A stretch of 64,000 nucleotides of DNA from a virus (IMGVR_UViG_3300045988_175595:101597-165596); one strand, 5' to 3'; positions 46,858-57,416 are shown, numbered from the stretch's first letter. Made by a program: numbers and translations. The notes: generated from the sequence alone by a model not told the origin.

Positions 46858-48279
46858 TTAAAAATCACTTTGAAGATTTAATAATTTAGCAAATTTTAGC
46901 TGTGATTTTAGCAATATTTCTACTAAATTTCTTCTTATATATTCACTATAGTTTTCATTAAAATTATTTATATCATTTACTTCTTGTGAATATTTGACAA
47001 CATATTCAGAATCCCATCCTGAACCTTCTTTTACTAAAAATTCTATTTTAATTATACTATTGTCTTTTAATGTACAATAGATTTTATTCCCATTTTTTAA
47101 TTCAGATTCTGAACTATATTTTCCATCTCTATTTCTATTATCTTCAATTGCTTTAAAAATATAAGAAATAGCTTCAGATAATTTATTTTTTACAGTATTA
47201 TCTAATCCATTATCTATATCTGTTATTTTATATTTCAATAAGATATTTAATGGATTAATTTTATTTAAGTCTTTATTAGTTATAGTAATGCCTTTCATAT
47301 CGAAGATCATATCATCTATATCGGCTCCCCAACATAGACCTACTATTGCATTTGCATCTGAATTAGTAATATTAGTACCGTTTTTAACGGCAAAACAAAT
47401 TGGATCTAACCTTTCATATAAAGATTGTATTTCTTGTTGTTGTTTAATAATTGTGTTCTTTAAATTCTCTTGTTCTTCTTTTGCTTTATTTTTTATTTCT
47501 TCCATCTTTTTTTCTTGTTCTTGGAATCTTTTAATCATTTCATTTTCAAGAGAATTTATTTTTGAGGACATCTTATTGATTCTTTTATTAATCATCTGCA
47601 TATTTTGATTGAAATTTTCATTTATACTCTGAATATTTTCATTATTAATTTTATTTGCAAGATATAGATTTTTCTGTGACGGAATTAATAACTCCAATGT
47701 TTCAAACATTGTATCAAAATATTCAGGATAAAAAATATCTCTTATTTTATCTGATTTTACTTGCTCCCATACAGAATAATATGGTATTGGACATAATATA
47801 TACATATCATATTCTGTAGTAAAATCATTTTTTAATGCTGTCTTAAACATTTCAAGACCTTTTTTTAAGTCGTCTTTATTTTCTTCCAGCACAAATAATT
47901 TATCTATTTCTGTATATTCAATAGGTATAATAACCATATTAAATTTTTCAGCTAAATCTCTTGCATCAGATAATTTTATTTTTGGAAGCTTATCAAGCAA
48001 AGTATATGCATCTTCCTTAATTCCATCTATAGAATAATATCCTTTTAATGTTGAAGGAAATCTTTCTTTATTTTCCCAGTAATTTTTTCTAAGTTTATTT
48101 GATCTATATTTAAGCTGCGCATTTATTATATCTTCTATACTATCTTTTTTATCTATTATTCTTCTAATAGATAATGCAGCTTTTTGAAGTTCAAGAATAT
48201 CTTCAAGTTCCTTACTATCATTCTTTAAAACATTTACAGCTTTAGTATCGAATTTTAATCCTTGTAATATATTCGACAT
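46858..48279 (-). CDS. Hypothetical protein with central coiled coil
   Basis: 473 aa with a K/E/Q-rich heptad region. Confidence 0.4.
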   Translation of the reverse strand: MSNILQGLKFDTKAVNVLKNDSKELEDILELQKAALSIRRIIDKKDSIEDIINAQLKYRSNKLRKNYWENKERFPSTLKGYYSIDGIKEDAYTLLDKLPKIKLSDARDLAEKFNMVIIPIEYTEIDKLFVLEENKDDLKKGLEMFKTALKNDFTTEYDMYILCPIPYYSVWEQVKSDKIRDIFYPEYFDTMFETLELLIPSQKNLYLANKINNENIQSINENFNQNMQMINKRINKMSSKINSLENEMIKRFQEQEKKMEEIKNKAKEEQENLKNTIIKQQQEIQSLYERLDPICFAVKNGTNITNSDANAIVGLCWGADIDDMIFDMKGITITNKDLNKINPLNILLKYKITDIDNGLDNTVKNKLSEAISYIFKAIEDNRNRDGKYSSESELKNGNKIYCTLKDNSIIKIEFLVKEGSGWDSEYVVKYSQEVNDINNFNENYSEYIRRNLVEILLKSQLKFAKLLNLQSDF

Positions 48280-48303
48280 ATTATAATCATCCTCTCTTAA
48301 ACA

Positions 48304-49683
48304 TTATATTTCTCTTTTTATTTTATTATTTTTTGTAGTTTTTTCTAAAATCTCTGCATTTATAGCATTTGTTTTAGCAAATGCTCTTAAGCTTTTAATC
48401 TTGTTTTCATCTGTAGTATATATTGAAGTAACATAATTTGTAGCTTCTTCAAGACTTATTTCTAAGCTATTAGCTAGTTTGCAAATTGTTTCTATTTCTG
48501 CTCCAGTATAATTTGTTTCTTCAATATTTATATCATCCTCAATATTATATTTTTCTTTATACATATTAAGAATATTTCTTTTTGTTTCATTTTTAGGCAT
48601 GTCTACAAAAAATATAGCATCCCATCTTCCACTTCTTAAATATTCTGATGGAAGACATGATATATCATTTGCAGTAGCTACAACAAATGTATCACTTTTA
48701 TGACTTTGGAGCCATTTTAAAAATTGTCCTCCTTGTCTTTTTGATACGGAATCTCCATTTGAAGAAGTCCCTGATAATCCTTTCTCTATTTCATCTATAA
48801 ATAAAATAGATTTTTTAAATCCATCTATTATTTTAAGAGCTTCTCTTGTGTTCTTTTCAGTTTCTCCAACATAGCTTCCCATAAGATTACCAAAATCTAA
48901 ACTTATTGTAGTTCTATTAGTTTCATTTCCTAATGATTCTGCAAAAGCTGTTTTACCTCCACCAGGCACTCCTAATATTAATATTCCTTTAGAATTTCCT
49001 TTTTCTATAACTTTTTTACAAAAGTTTTTCATTACATCCATTCCACATATATCTTTAAATGTTTTATCTCCTTTAAAGATATCAAGTATTCCACTTTTTG
49101 TTACAATAGAATATTTAATATCTTCAATGTATTTTTTATCTATTGTTTTAGTGTTATATATACTATTCCAGATAGCATTCTTAAATTCAAACTCATTTAG
49201 TCCTAATCCAATTTGTGCTATTTGTTCTTTTTCTTCTTCTTTCATTTTTATTTTATGATTCTTACTTTCTTTATTTATTATATTAATAAAGTCTTCTTTA
49301 TTTGGAAGAGGAAGAACTACTACTTGAAAATAATGACTTATTTCCATTGGAATATTAATAATTGGAGACACAATAATAATATTATTATTATTTATAATAT
49401 TATTGCTTACTGTATTAGCTAATGCTCGCCAATTTTTAACTTCTTTAATATCACAATGGAAATCTTTCATTATTAATATTGTATTCTCTTTATCTTCAAT
49501 GAAAGAAAAAGGATCTTCTGCAAAACATTCATCTGTTTCATTAGAATATATATTCTTATCAATATCCCAAATATATATTTCTTTTTCACTTAATGATTTT
49601 ATTAACTTTTCGGCTCTTTCATATTCCTTGGTTTCAATCCATATTATAGGATTATTCCCAATTATACTTTCTTTTAAATCCAT
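48304..49683 (-). CDS. AAA+ ATPase (classic AAA clade)
   Basis: Walker A GVPGGGKTAFAESL, Walker B ILFIDEIEK, and sensor/arginine-finger region ATANDISCLPSEYLRSGRWD. Confidence 0.7.
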   Translation of the reverse strand: MDLKESIIGNNPIIWIETKEYERAEKLIKSLSEKEIYIWDIDKNIYSNETDECFAEDPFSFIEDKENTILIMKDFHCDIKEVKNWRALANTVSNNIINNNNIIIVSPIINIPMEISHYFQVVVLPLPNKEDFINIINKESKNHKIKMKEEEKEQIAQIGLGLNEFEFKNAIWNSIYNTKTIDKKYIEDIKYSIVTKSGILDIFKGDKTFKDICGMDVMKNFCKKVIEKGNSKGILILGVPGGGKTAFAESLGNETNRTTISLDFGNLMGSYVGETEKNTREALKIIDGFKKSILFIDEIEKGLSGTSSNGDSVSKRQGGQFLKWLQSHKSDTFVVATANDISCLPSEYLRSGRWDAIFFVDMPKNETKRNILNMYKEKYNIEDDINIEETNYTGAEIETICKLANSLEISLEEATNYVTSIYTTDENKIKSLRAFAKTNAINAEILEKTTKNNKIKREI

Positions 49684-49714
49684 ATTATCCTTCCTTTCTC
49701 TTTCTCTTAATAGC

Positions 49715-50800
49715 TTATTTTATTCCTTTTTTATCAAAAATAAAACCAATAGGAAATTTATATTCTTCTATTGGTTCTTTCTTATAGAAATCAGTATAAC
49801 ATAAGCCATCATCGTTGATGACATATTCTATACCTCTTGTTACTGCGCCTGTTTCTTCTACTCCTTTTATCATAAAGATAAAAAATCCTTCTGGATCTGA
49901 TAATCTACACCATAAACTATCATTAGTATCTTCATATTGAATAGTATGAATATCTTTTCTATTAATTGTTTGTTGCATATATTCTTTAAATTTACTATTT
50001 TTCCAGAATACATTATTTCTTATTCTTAAACTTTGAAAACCAGCTTCTTTACACCAGAATATAAAATTATTTAAGAATATATTAAATTTTGATATATCTT
50101 TATGGATAACACATACTGCAGATGCATCTATTCCTATATCTAATAATTTAGCTATTAAATTTCTATATTCTTCTATACTTAATGATTTAGTTCCTAATAT
50201 TTTATCTCTTTCTTCTTTATCATAATGATGTATAGAGATATTAATATAATCAATTACTCCTTTAAAATATGGAATAACTTTATCTAAATTAAATCCATTT
50301 GTAGTTATTGTAATTCTACAAATTTTATCCTTTAAATAAAATCTTCTTAACTTTAATAATACTTTTATTAATAATTTAGTATCAAAAGTAGGCTCATTTC
50401 CTGTAATGTCCAATGAAATTGGCTGCCTACCATTTATCTCCATTATTAAATATTCTAATGAGTTAATAAAGTTATTTAAGAATTCTTCTTTATTATAACT
50501 CATTACATTATTATTTTTATTATAACAGAATTCACATTTAGCATTACATCCACTTGGAATTACTAATTTTACTGTTATAACATTATTAAAGTCTTTTCTA
50601 TAAGTATAGTCTTTTAATATATTTAATTGATTCAATGCTTTTATTTTTATTTCAGCATTTTCATTTGTATTATATAATTGTCTTAATTCTTCTTCAGTAT
50701 ATTTAAAATCATTAAGATTCTTATATATTTCTATCCAATCATTTTTAGGCTTAAGTTGTTTATAAAAATTCACTTCTTGTTTTACTTTTTCCCATTTCAT
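49715..50800 (-). CDS. Radical SAM enzyme of unknown function
   Basis: CNAKCEFCYN (Cx3Cx2C) and the ITGNEPT (GGEP-like SAM-binding) motif. Confidence 0.6.
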   Translation of the reverse strand: MKWEKVKQEVNFYKQLKPKNDWIEIYKNLNDFKYTEEELRQLYNTNENAEIKIKALNQLNILKDYTYRKDFNNVITVKLVIPSGCNAKCEFCYNKNNNVMSYNKEEFLNNFINSLEYLIMEINGRQPISLDITGNEPTFDTKLLIKVLLKLRRFYLKDKICRITITTNGFNLDKVIPYFKGVIDYINISIHHYDKEERDKILGTKSLSIEEYRNLIAKLLDIGIDASAVCVIHKDISKFNIFLNNFIFWCKEAGFQSLRIRNNVFWKNSKFKEYMQQTINRKDIHTIQYEDTNDSLWCRLSDPEGFFIFMIKGVEETGAVTRGIEYVINDDGLCYTDFYKKEPIEEYKFPIGFIFDKKGIK

Positions 50801-51155
50801 TTTATATACACCTTCTTCTTTATTTTTTTATTAGCTATTAATATACTACTAAATCAGTATTACATATATCTATTATTTTTAATATATTTTCTCCTACTAC
50901 ATTACATAAACTTACTACACCATAGCAGGCTAAAAAATATATTATTGTTTCCATTATATTCCCATTATTTAATAGCATAATAACAACCTAATTCTATTGC
51001 TTCTTCATTGCTTATACCTAATCTTTCTAACATTTCTCTTCTTTCAGGCATATAACTTGCACCTATACAACTATCTAATATCCAATCTAAACATATTCTT
51101 GCTATCTCTTCTTTTCTTTTTTCTTTCATATATTTTTATCTCCTTATTATATTAT

Positions 51156-51356
51156 TTAATCTATTATTGGTTCTGACCATATTAAATCTACCCATTCTTC
51201 CATTGTATAAAATTGTAATTCTCTATTTTTATGTCCTTCTTCTAATTCTTTAATGGTTTTATATGTTCCGTCTGCAAACCCTATTTTATCTCCAAATACT
51301 ATTCCTATTTGTGGATTTCTTGCATATTCTGCTTCTGCTACTATTACTTTTTTCAT
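51156..51356 (-). CDS. Hypothetical small protein
   Basis: 66-aa ORF. Confidence 0.3.
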   Translation of the reverse strand: MKKVIVAEAEYARNPQIGIVFGDKIGFADGTYKTIKELEEGHKNRELQFYTMEEWVDLIWSEPIID

Positions 51357-51393
51357 GAATTTATATTCTTTATCTATTTTTATCTCCTCCTTA

Positions 51394-51885
51394 TTAGATA
51401 TTCATCCACCAAAAATCTACATCAGTATTTTTTCCATATATATCTTTATGTTCATATATCTCTTCTCCATAACATTCTTCTCTTCTTATACTTATTAATT
51501 TTCTATTCTCTATATCGATCTTATAATATCTTATGGCGGCATATCTTAATTTCTTCCTTACTTTTCTTTCACATAGTCTTATTGGTATCCATCTAAATGT
51601 ATCTTCTTCTACTTTATTATCTCCATAGAATATTCTTATCTTCCCTTTATTATCTTTCTCTTCTATTGGATTTAATATAGTATTCTCTCTATATGTATAT
51701 AATTCATCTATATCTACATTCTCTTCTCCTAATATATCTTCCATTTTTATCTCTTCAAGTAATACTTCTATTTCTTCTTTTGTTTCTATTTTTATTAATA
51801 TTATATTTTTATTTATCCATTTCTTTATCTCTTCTACTATATTCTTTCCTTCTTCATTTTTACTTTTTCCTATTATTCTTTTCAT
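51394..51885 (-). CDS. K/E-rich hypothetical protein, N-terminal domain paralogous to 51981-52220
   Basis: Shared pattern I.KKI.K..ILI.I.....E..L..IK. Confidence 0.35.
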   Translation of the reverse strand: MKRIIGKSKNEEGKNIVEEIKKWINKNIILIKIETKEEIEVLLEEIKMEDILGEENVDIDELYTYRENTILNPIEEKDNKGKIRIFYGDNKVEEDTFRWIPIRLCERKVRKKLRYAAIRYYKIDIENRKLISIRREECYGEEIYEHKDIYGKNTDVDFWWMNI

Positions 51886-51980
51886 ATATATTTCGCCCCC
51901 CCCACTTATTATTTATTCCTTTTTCTTTCTTTAATAGCTTATTATTCTCTTATTATTTTTAATCTATCTATATTATATTT

Positions 51981-52220
51981 TCATTTATCTTCTCCTTCTT
52001 CTATCTCTCTTCTTAATGTTATTATTGTCTTATCTTCATAATATTTATATATTAATCCTCCATATCCTATTTTCTCTTTTATTTTTTTTAATACTAATTC
52101 TAATTCATTTAAACTTCTTATTCTTATTAATATTGTCTCTTTATCTATTTTCTTTTCTATGTATCTTAATATGTCTTTTTTATCTTCTATGTCTTCTATT
52201 ATTTTATTCATTATCTCCAT
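51981..52220 (-). CDS. K/E-rich hypothetical small protein
   Basis: 79-aa ORF. Confidence 0.3.
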   Translation of the reverse strand: MEIMNKIIEDIEDKKDILRYIEKKIDKETILIRIRSLNELELVLKKIKEKIGYGGLIYKYYEDKTIITLRREIEEGEDK

Positions 52221-52430
52221 TTCTCTTTTTCTCCTTTCTTCTTACTTTATTATGTATATATTTATTTTACTACTAGTAATACTATTCTTCTTTATTTTTA
52301 CTATTCTTTATTGTTTTCTTTATTCTATCTTATTCTCTCCTTTTAATAGCTTATTTCTTCTTCTTTTACCTTTCTTTTCTTCTTTTTATGTTTATTTTTT
52401 TAAAACGGAGTCTTAAACTATAAATAATTA

Positions 52431-52560
52431 AATAAATATAATATATATTATTTTAACCAAATAAATATAATATATATTATTTTAACCAGCTAAATATAAT
52501 ATATATTATTTTATATTATTTAAACCAGCTAAATATAATATATATTATTTAAACCAGCTT
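52431..52560. repeat. Four tandem direct repeats (iteron-like) of about 29-38 bp: TAAATATAATATATATTATTT(TA)AACCAGC
   Basis: Read directly at 52431-52460, 52461-52490, 52491-52528 and 52529-52558. Confidence 0.7.
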
Positions 52561-52974
52561 ACGCTCGAAAAAATTATTACTTTTTCTTATAAATATTAAA
52601 ACGGGCTCTAGCGACCTATTTAATAATAAAAATAGGCACTCGTGTATACCCACACAATAAGCCATAAATAATATCATACAATTCAAAATAGATGTATTTA
52701 AATAGATAATTAAATATAAAGCGATTTAAGAGAGATAAAAGATATATATGTATAGGGATACAAGGGACGAAATAAAAAACGTATATAATAAAAACTAACG
52801 TTAAAAAAATACTAACGCTAAAAAAGAGATAAGGGCTCGCTAACGCTCGCCCTCGTATGTAAGTTAGTCCGATACTATTTAGGCACTCGTGTATAAACGT
52901 GTCCATAAAAAGACAAGTATTAACTAAACTTAGGAATTAGTATTGAATTGTAAATAGAAAGTTTAAACAAATAA

Positions 52975-53007
52975 CCCGTAATAAGATAGCGATAGCTTTT
53001 TGTTTTT
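52975..53007. promoter_or_regulatory. Copy of promoter-like motif CGTAAT(C/T)AAGATA-N5-8-TTTTTGTT (minus-strand AACAAAAA..TATCTTGATTACG)
   Basis: Plus-strand sequence cccgtaataagatagcgatagctttttgttttt. Confidence 0.35.
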
Positions 53008-53981
53008 AAAAAAAGTTTATATAATAAATAGATAGTTTAGTTTAATACTTGTAAAAATATTAAATAATCTATCTATAATATAAACTTATATTTTTTGTAT
53101 GGAATAAGAGATATATAAAAATAAATATCTAGAATAAATTATATATATCTCTTATGTGGGGTTAATAATGATTAAACACTTTTGCGATGCCCAACTATGT
53201 TCTCTTCGTCTTTTCTGAGATTAAGGGCCCAACCTTATTATATTTTTGGTTATTATATATAATAAGGATTTTTAATTGATTTTAGCATTTTTGACACTCT
53301 TGCCTTATCAATTTATTATTTAAATGTAAGGTTTATTAAATTATTTTTATTCTTTACCTAGGATAGAATAATAATTTAATAATTTCTATCTTGTTTTATT
53401 AACAAATTATTAATCAGATAGATATAAATTAATAATTGTTAAGTGAGTCAACATTCACATCATCTTATACATTTATCACTTACAAATTATATAAGAATTT
53501 AGGAAAAGTATTTATTGGCTACTTCCTTGACCTTTTTAATTTTATTTTTGTGTTATTAAGGTGTTATTAAGCGAAACTGTACATTATATAAAAAGAAAAA
53601 CATTAAAAAGCCAATAAAAAACAAAAGAAAAAATTAGGCAACTAAATTAATTTAAAATTACTATTATGATTTCCTTTGCCTTTCTTAATTTATTTTTTAT
53701 TTAATTTAATATTTTTTTTGGAACTATACAACTAGCTCCTTAAATCATATAAGCTGTTAAAAGTGGTATAGAAACTTACTCTTAATAGCTTATATGATAT
53801 TAGCAACCAATTGATAATAAAAAATAATATATTTATATATAATACTTTAAACCCTCAAGGCAAATCAGTCCTTTTTATATTGAGCTTATATATAATCATT
53901 ATACTAGCTATCTATCGCATAATGAATCACTCCTCTCTTAATTATCAATTAATTTATTTTTGAAAGTGATTTAATAGAAAA

Positions 53982-54797
53982 CTAATTATTTATATGGATA
54001 CCAGAACCACCCATTTTATTTCTTTGATGATTAACTTTTCTTGTTATAGTATTTTTAGCATTCAATATTTGATTGCTTGCCTTTAACAATTCTGGGTCTG
54101 TTGTCATAGCAGTTTTTGTTTCTTCTACTGCTTGGACACCAGAATTTAATAATGATGCACCTATTTTAATAGCTGAATGGAACAATCCTTTACCTAAATT
54201 CATTGCTCCTTTTCCTGCTATTTTAGCTACAGGAGTAACTAACTCTGTTGCAATATAATTAGCAGAGTCAGTAGTTGTTTTAACAGCTCTATCTGTAACA
54301 TCAACTGATTTATTAATTATATTTTCAGCTGTATACTTTTTCTGGATTTTTGCATATTCCATAGGAGTAACATTTTTAATATTTAATTCTATGATATCAG
54401 ATTTTAGATTTTTACTAATCTTTGTTTCTGTTATACCTATAGAAGATAACCAATTATCAAACTTTTGCGCATTCAAAGTCTGATAAAAATCTAAAGTTAA
54501 ATCATAATTATCTACTTCTTGTAGTTTTTGTTCTCTTTTTATTCTTTTTAAGTTATCTTCTTCTTGTTGTATTCCTTCTACTGTTTGTTGAAAGAATTCT
54601 TGTTTTTGTGCTGAAGCAACTACTTTTTCTTCTGGAGTAGATGTATCAATTACTTCTATTTTTCCTTGTTTCTCTAATATATTTAATGTAGCTATAACAA
54701 GGTTAATATCTTCAAGTGGCAAACTTAATTTTTCTGCTAATTCTGGAACAGAGTAAGTTTTTTGCTGATATTTTATCATATCATTAAAATTAATCAT
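53982..54797 (-). CDS. Hypothetical protein
   Basis: 271-aa ORF. Confidence 0.4.
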   Translation of the reverse strand: MINFNDMIKYQQKTYSVPELAEKLSLPLEDINLVIATLNILEKQGKIEVIDTSTPEEKVVASAQKQEFFQQTVEGIQQEEDNLKRIKREQKLQEVDNYDLTLDFYQTLNAQKFDNWLSSIGITETKISKNLKSDIIELNIKNVTPMEYAKIQKKYTAENIINKSVDVTDRAVKTTTDSANYIATELVTPVAKIAGKGAMNLGKGLFHSAIKIGASLLNSGVQAVEETKTAMTTDPELLKASNQILNAKNTITRKVNHQRNKMGGSGIHINN

Positions 54798-54799
54798 TA

Positions 54800-55027
54800 T
54801 TAAACTGCCTCCTTATTCCTTTCCTCTTCAATTTCTTTTGATGCTTTTTCAGCTGTTAACATAGCGTCTTTAATGCCTTCAACTAATTGTGGCAAATCCT
54901 TAACTATTTCCTTTTGTGCTTGATGAAGTTCTTTTATTTCTGCAGGATTAAAAGTTGCTCCTATTACTATATTTTCAAGCTTAACTTCATTGATTTCTAT
55001 TTTTCCTAAATTGATATTAAATTTCAT
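54800..55027 (-). CDS. Hypothetical small protein
   Basis: 75-aa ORF. Confidence 0.35.
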   Translation of the reverse strand: MKFNINLGKIEINEVKLENIVIGATFNPAEIKELHQAQKEIVKDLPQLVEGIKDAMLTAEKASKEIEEERNKEAV

Positions 55028-55049
55028 GTTTTATTCCTCTTTTCTTTAA

Positions 55050-55517
55050 TTAATTTTTTGCTGGGGCTAACATTAAACTATTAACTCCAATTCTGGCTAA
55101 TTTATCTGTATATTTATTCATTTCTTCATCTTTAGATAATAATCCTTTTTGATGAGAAATTATATTATGCATTCTAAATCTGCCAGCTATTTTATTACAT
55201 AATGGTTCTATTTTGTCCCATAAATCTCGATTACTCTTTCTTTCTGAATAACCAATTACTCCTGAGACTAATGATTCATTATCACAATATATATCAAATT
55301 TTACACTTGATTTATATTTTGATATTATTAATAAAACTTGATAAAAAGCCTCCAATTCTGCTCTTATTGCTGATTGTGGCCCTTTTCTTAATTTTCCGTT
55401 GGCTTGTTGTTCAATATTATATTCTTTATCACATATAATATATCCCCACCCTCCAACTAAGGTTTTGTCTTTCATCAATTTGCAAGCTCCGTCTGTGTAT
55501 ACTTTAAGCTTTTTCAT
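55050..55517 (-). CDS. rnhA: Ribonuclease HI
   Basis: VYTDGAC (catalytic D), ELEAFYQVL (catalytic E) and IYCDNESL (catalytic D) in RNase H order. Confidence 0.65.
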   Translation of the reverse strand: MKKLKVYTDGACKLMKDKTLVGGWGYIICDKEYNIEQQANGKLRKGPQSAIRAELEAFYQVLLIISKYKSSVKFDIYCDNESLVSGVIGYSERKSNRDLWDKIEPLCNKIAGRFRMHNIISHQKGLLSKDEEMNKYTDKLARIGVNSLMLAPAKN

Positions 55518-55692
55518 ATGGATGTTTTTCTCCTAATATTATTAAGTTTCTTGCTTTAAATCCAAACTTCCTTTGAAAAAAATACCTAGCTTGCTTTTCT
55601 GTTTTTGCAAAGAAGTTTTCATAAGTAAATATTTCATTTACTACTCCCACAACAGTATATTCGTTAAGGGTACAATCCATATCTACAATCAT
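55504..55692 (-). CDS. Hypothetical small protein
   Basis: 62-aa ORF. Confidence 0.3.
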   Translation of the reverse strand: MIVDMDCTLNEYTVVGVVNEIFTYENFFAKTEKQARYFFQRKFGFKARNLIILGEKHPYEKA

Positions 55693-55934
55693 ATAGATTA
55701 ACCTACTTTCTTTTTGTTCATTTGCTGTTCTATATATTTCTTTCCTTGTGCCTTAATTTTCCCATTTGATTTTAGAAACATTTCTGGCACAAATATTTCT
55801 TTTGCTCCTCTCGTAATTATGATTCCTCCATTTACTTTTTTGAACTTTTCTTTCATTTCTTTATTTCCCCCTACTTATTATTTTTTTTGTTATTAGAGAC
55901 TACTATAATTAAACAGTAGTCTCTTTTTTTTATG

Positions 55935-56477
55935 CTAATAAATAGCACGAGTTCCACTAACACTAGCAATATTACTAGAAATACTTTCAGAATATCTCTT
56001 CTGAACTTCTGTCCAACATGCTGATGAGTATGCGTCATTTTGCCTTGTATATTCACTAACTTTTATTAGCTTATTTGCGTCTGCTTTTGTTTCTTCAGAG
56101 ATTTTACATGTCATTATATCTCTAAGGACATAATCATCTCCTTTTTCTTTCCATAATTCATTCCATTTTTTTAACAATTTCATATCTGTTTCTGATACTG
56201 GTTGACCTTTACTATTAAGACCAGTCTTTAACCAGAACTTATAACCTCCGTTATTTAAGAACTGATATGTGTTGCTATTAATGAATATAGGCACCACATT
56301 AGTTAATTCTGTAGTGTCAGCCTTTTCAATATAAGTGATAAGATTTCTCAAAGCTGTATTGTCCTCTGTGTCTCCTTTTGGTGTGAACTCTAACCACATT
56401 GATGAGTGATTTGTCACATCAAACTCGATTCCAACAGAGAACGAACCCTTACTTGCAATATAAATTCTTTTTTCCAT
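55935..56477 (-). CDS. Hypothetical protein
   Basis: 180-aa ORF. Confidence 0.4.
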   Translation of the reverse strand: MEKRIYIASKGSFSVGIEFDVTNHSSMWLEFTPKGDTEDNTALRNLITYIEKADTTELTNVVPIFINSNTYQFLNNGGYKFWLKTGLNSKGQPVSETDMKLLKKWNELWKEKGDDYVLRDIMTCKISEETKADANKLIKVSEYTRQNDAYSSACWTEVQKRYSESISSNIASVSGTRAIY

Positions 56478-56609
56478 AATATTTACCTTCTTTCTACCCG
56501 TTTCGGGATTTTTGAATTCCTGTTTCGACTACCAATATTTTCTTAACATAGTCATCATCAGTGGGGCTGTTTCTCCCCAGACAGGATAAATAAAAAACTA
56601 CACTAAACT

Positions 56610-56636
56610 CGTAATCAAGATAGCGTAGCTTTTTGT
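56610..56636. promoter_or_regulatory. Copy of the CGTAATCAAGATA...TTTTTGTT promoter-like motif, about 130 nt upstream of the 55935-56477 start
   Basis: Plus-strand sequence cgtaatcaagatagcgtagctttttgtt. The minus strand gives TTGATT-N17-TTTTAT. Confidence 0.4.
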
Positions 56637-56814
56637 TACCTATTATATTGTATCAAAATAATCATTAAAAGGTGTTGAGAACCATGGACAACTTTTGTCA
56701 GAACAATAATGATTCTCAACATTTCCTTCTTCTGTATATTCTATTTCTATTGGTTTACCACATATAGGACACTTTTTGTTATTTGATATTTTTATATCCA
56801 TTTTTATTGTCCTC

Positions 56815-57228
56815 CTATATTACTTGATTATAATATGATTTCTTTTCTTCTTCTGTTTGAAGTTCTGATGGACTAAATCCACATTCTTTACAGAACTCTT
56901 CTAATTTATTCTTTTTGTTTACAACCATTGTCCCTCCACATGATGGACATAATTTTGTTGTAATTTGATATGGATTATCTATCATACTATCTTGTATATC
57001 TGTTATCATTTTGACAACATTACAAGCTTTAAGAGTACCTTGTATAGATATTCTTTTTGTACTGATGTTATAATAAATACCATTCTTTACTTTAGTAGTA
57101 TTATCGGCACTCATATGTACGTCAGTACTTTTGTAGATAAAGAAATCCACCTCACTATTATCAATACAATCAACTTGATAACCTCTTTTTTGTAGATTTC
57201 TTTTTATTCTTTCTAACATTTCAATCAT
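56815..57228 (-). CDS. Zinc-ribbon protein
   Basis: CPSCGG...CKECG near the C-terminus. Confidence 0.4.
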   Translation of the reverse strand: MIEMLERIKRNLQKRGYQVDCIDNSEVDFFIYKSTDVHMSADNTTKVKNGIYYNISTKRISIQGTLKACNVVKMITDIQDSMIDNPYQITTKLCPSCGGTMVVNKKNKLEEFCKECGFSPSELQTEEEKKSYYNQVI

Positions 57229-57257
57229 CTCCTAAATATTTATTTTTACATATAACA

Positions 57258-57287
57258 CGTAATTAAGATAACTACGTTTTTTTGTTT
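57258..57287. promoter_or_regulatory. Copy of the promoter-like motif, 30 nt upstream of the 56815-57228 start
   Basis: Plus-strand sequence cgtaattaagataactacgtttttttgttt. Confidence 0.4.
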
Positions 57288-57387
57288 ATATAGCTTTTAA
57301 TAGCTTATTTTATTAATCGTTTTTTTACATAGTAGAACTTTTTGTCTCTATATAAAATATTTTTTGTTTTATTATTTTTACACAACT

Positions 57388-57416
57388 CGTAATTAAGATA
57401 ACTTAAGTTTTTTGTT
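57388..57416. promoter_or_regulatory. Copy of the promoter-like motif
   Basis: Plus-strand sequence cgtaattaagataacttaagttttttgtt. Confidence 0.4.

Noticed and set aside
50756-52416. Low-complexity plus-strand ORFs (FLL/LLF-rich) across 50756-52416
   Set aside because: They are products of the CT-rich plus strand, with no start context, and they overlap better minus-strand ORFs.
52380-53980. CRISPR array in the tandem-repeat region
   Set aside because: The repeats are AT-only and directly adjacent without unique spacers of regular length. No cas genes are present. They are iteron-like rather than CRISPR.
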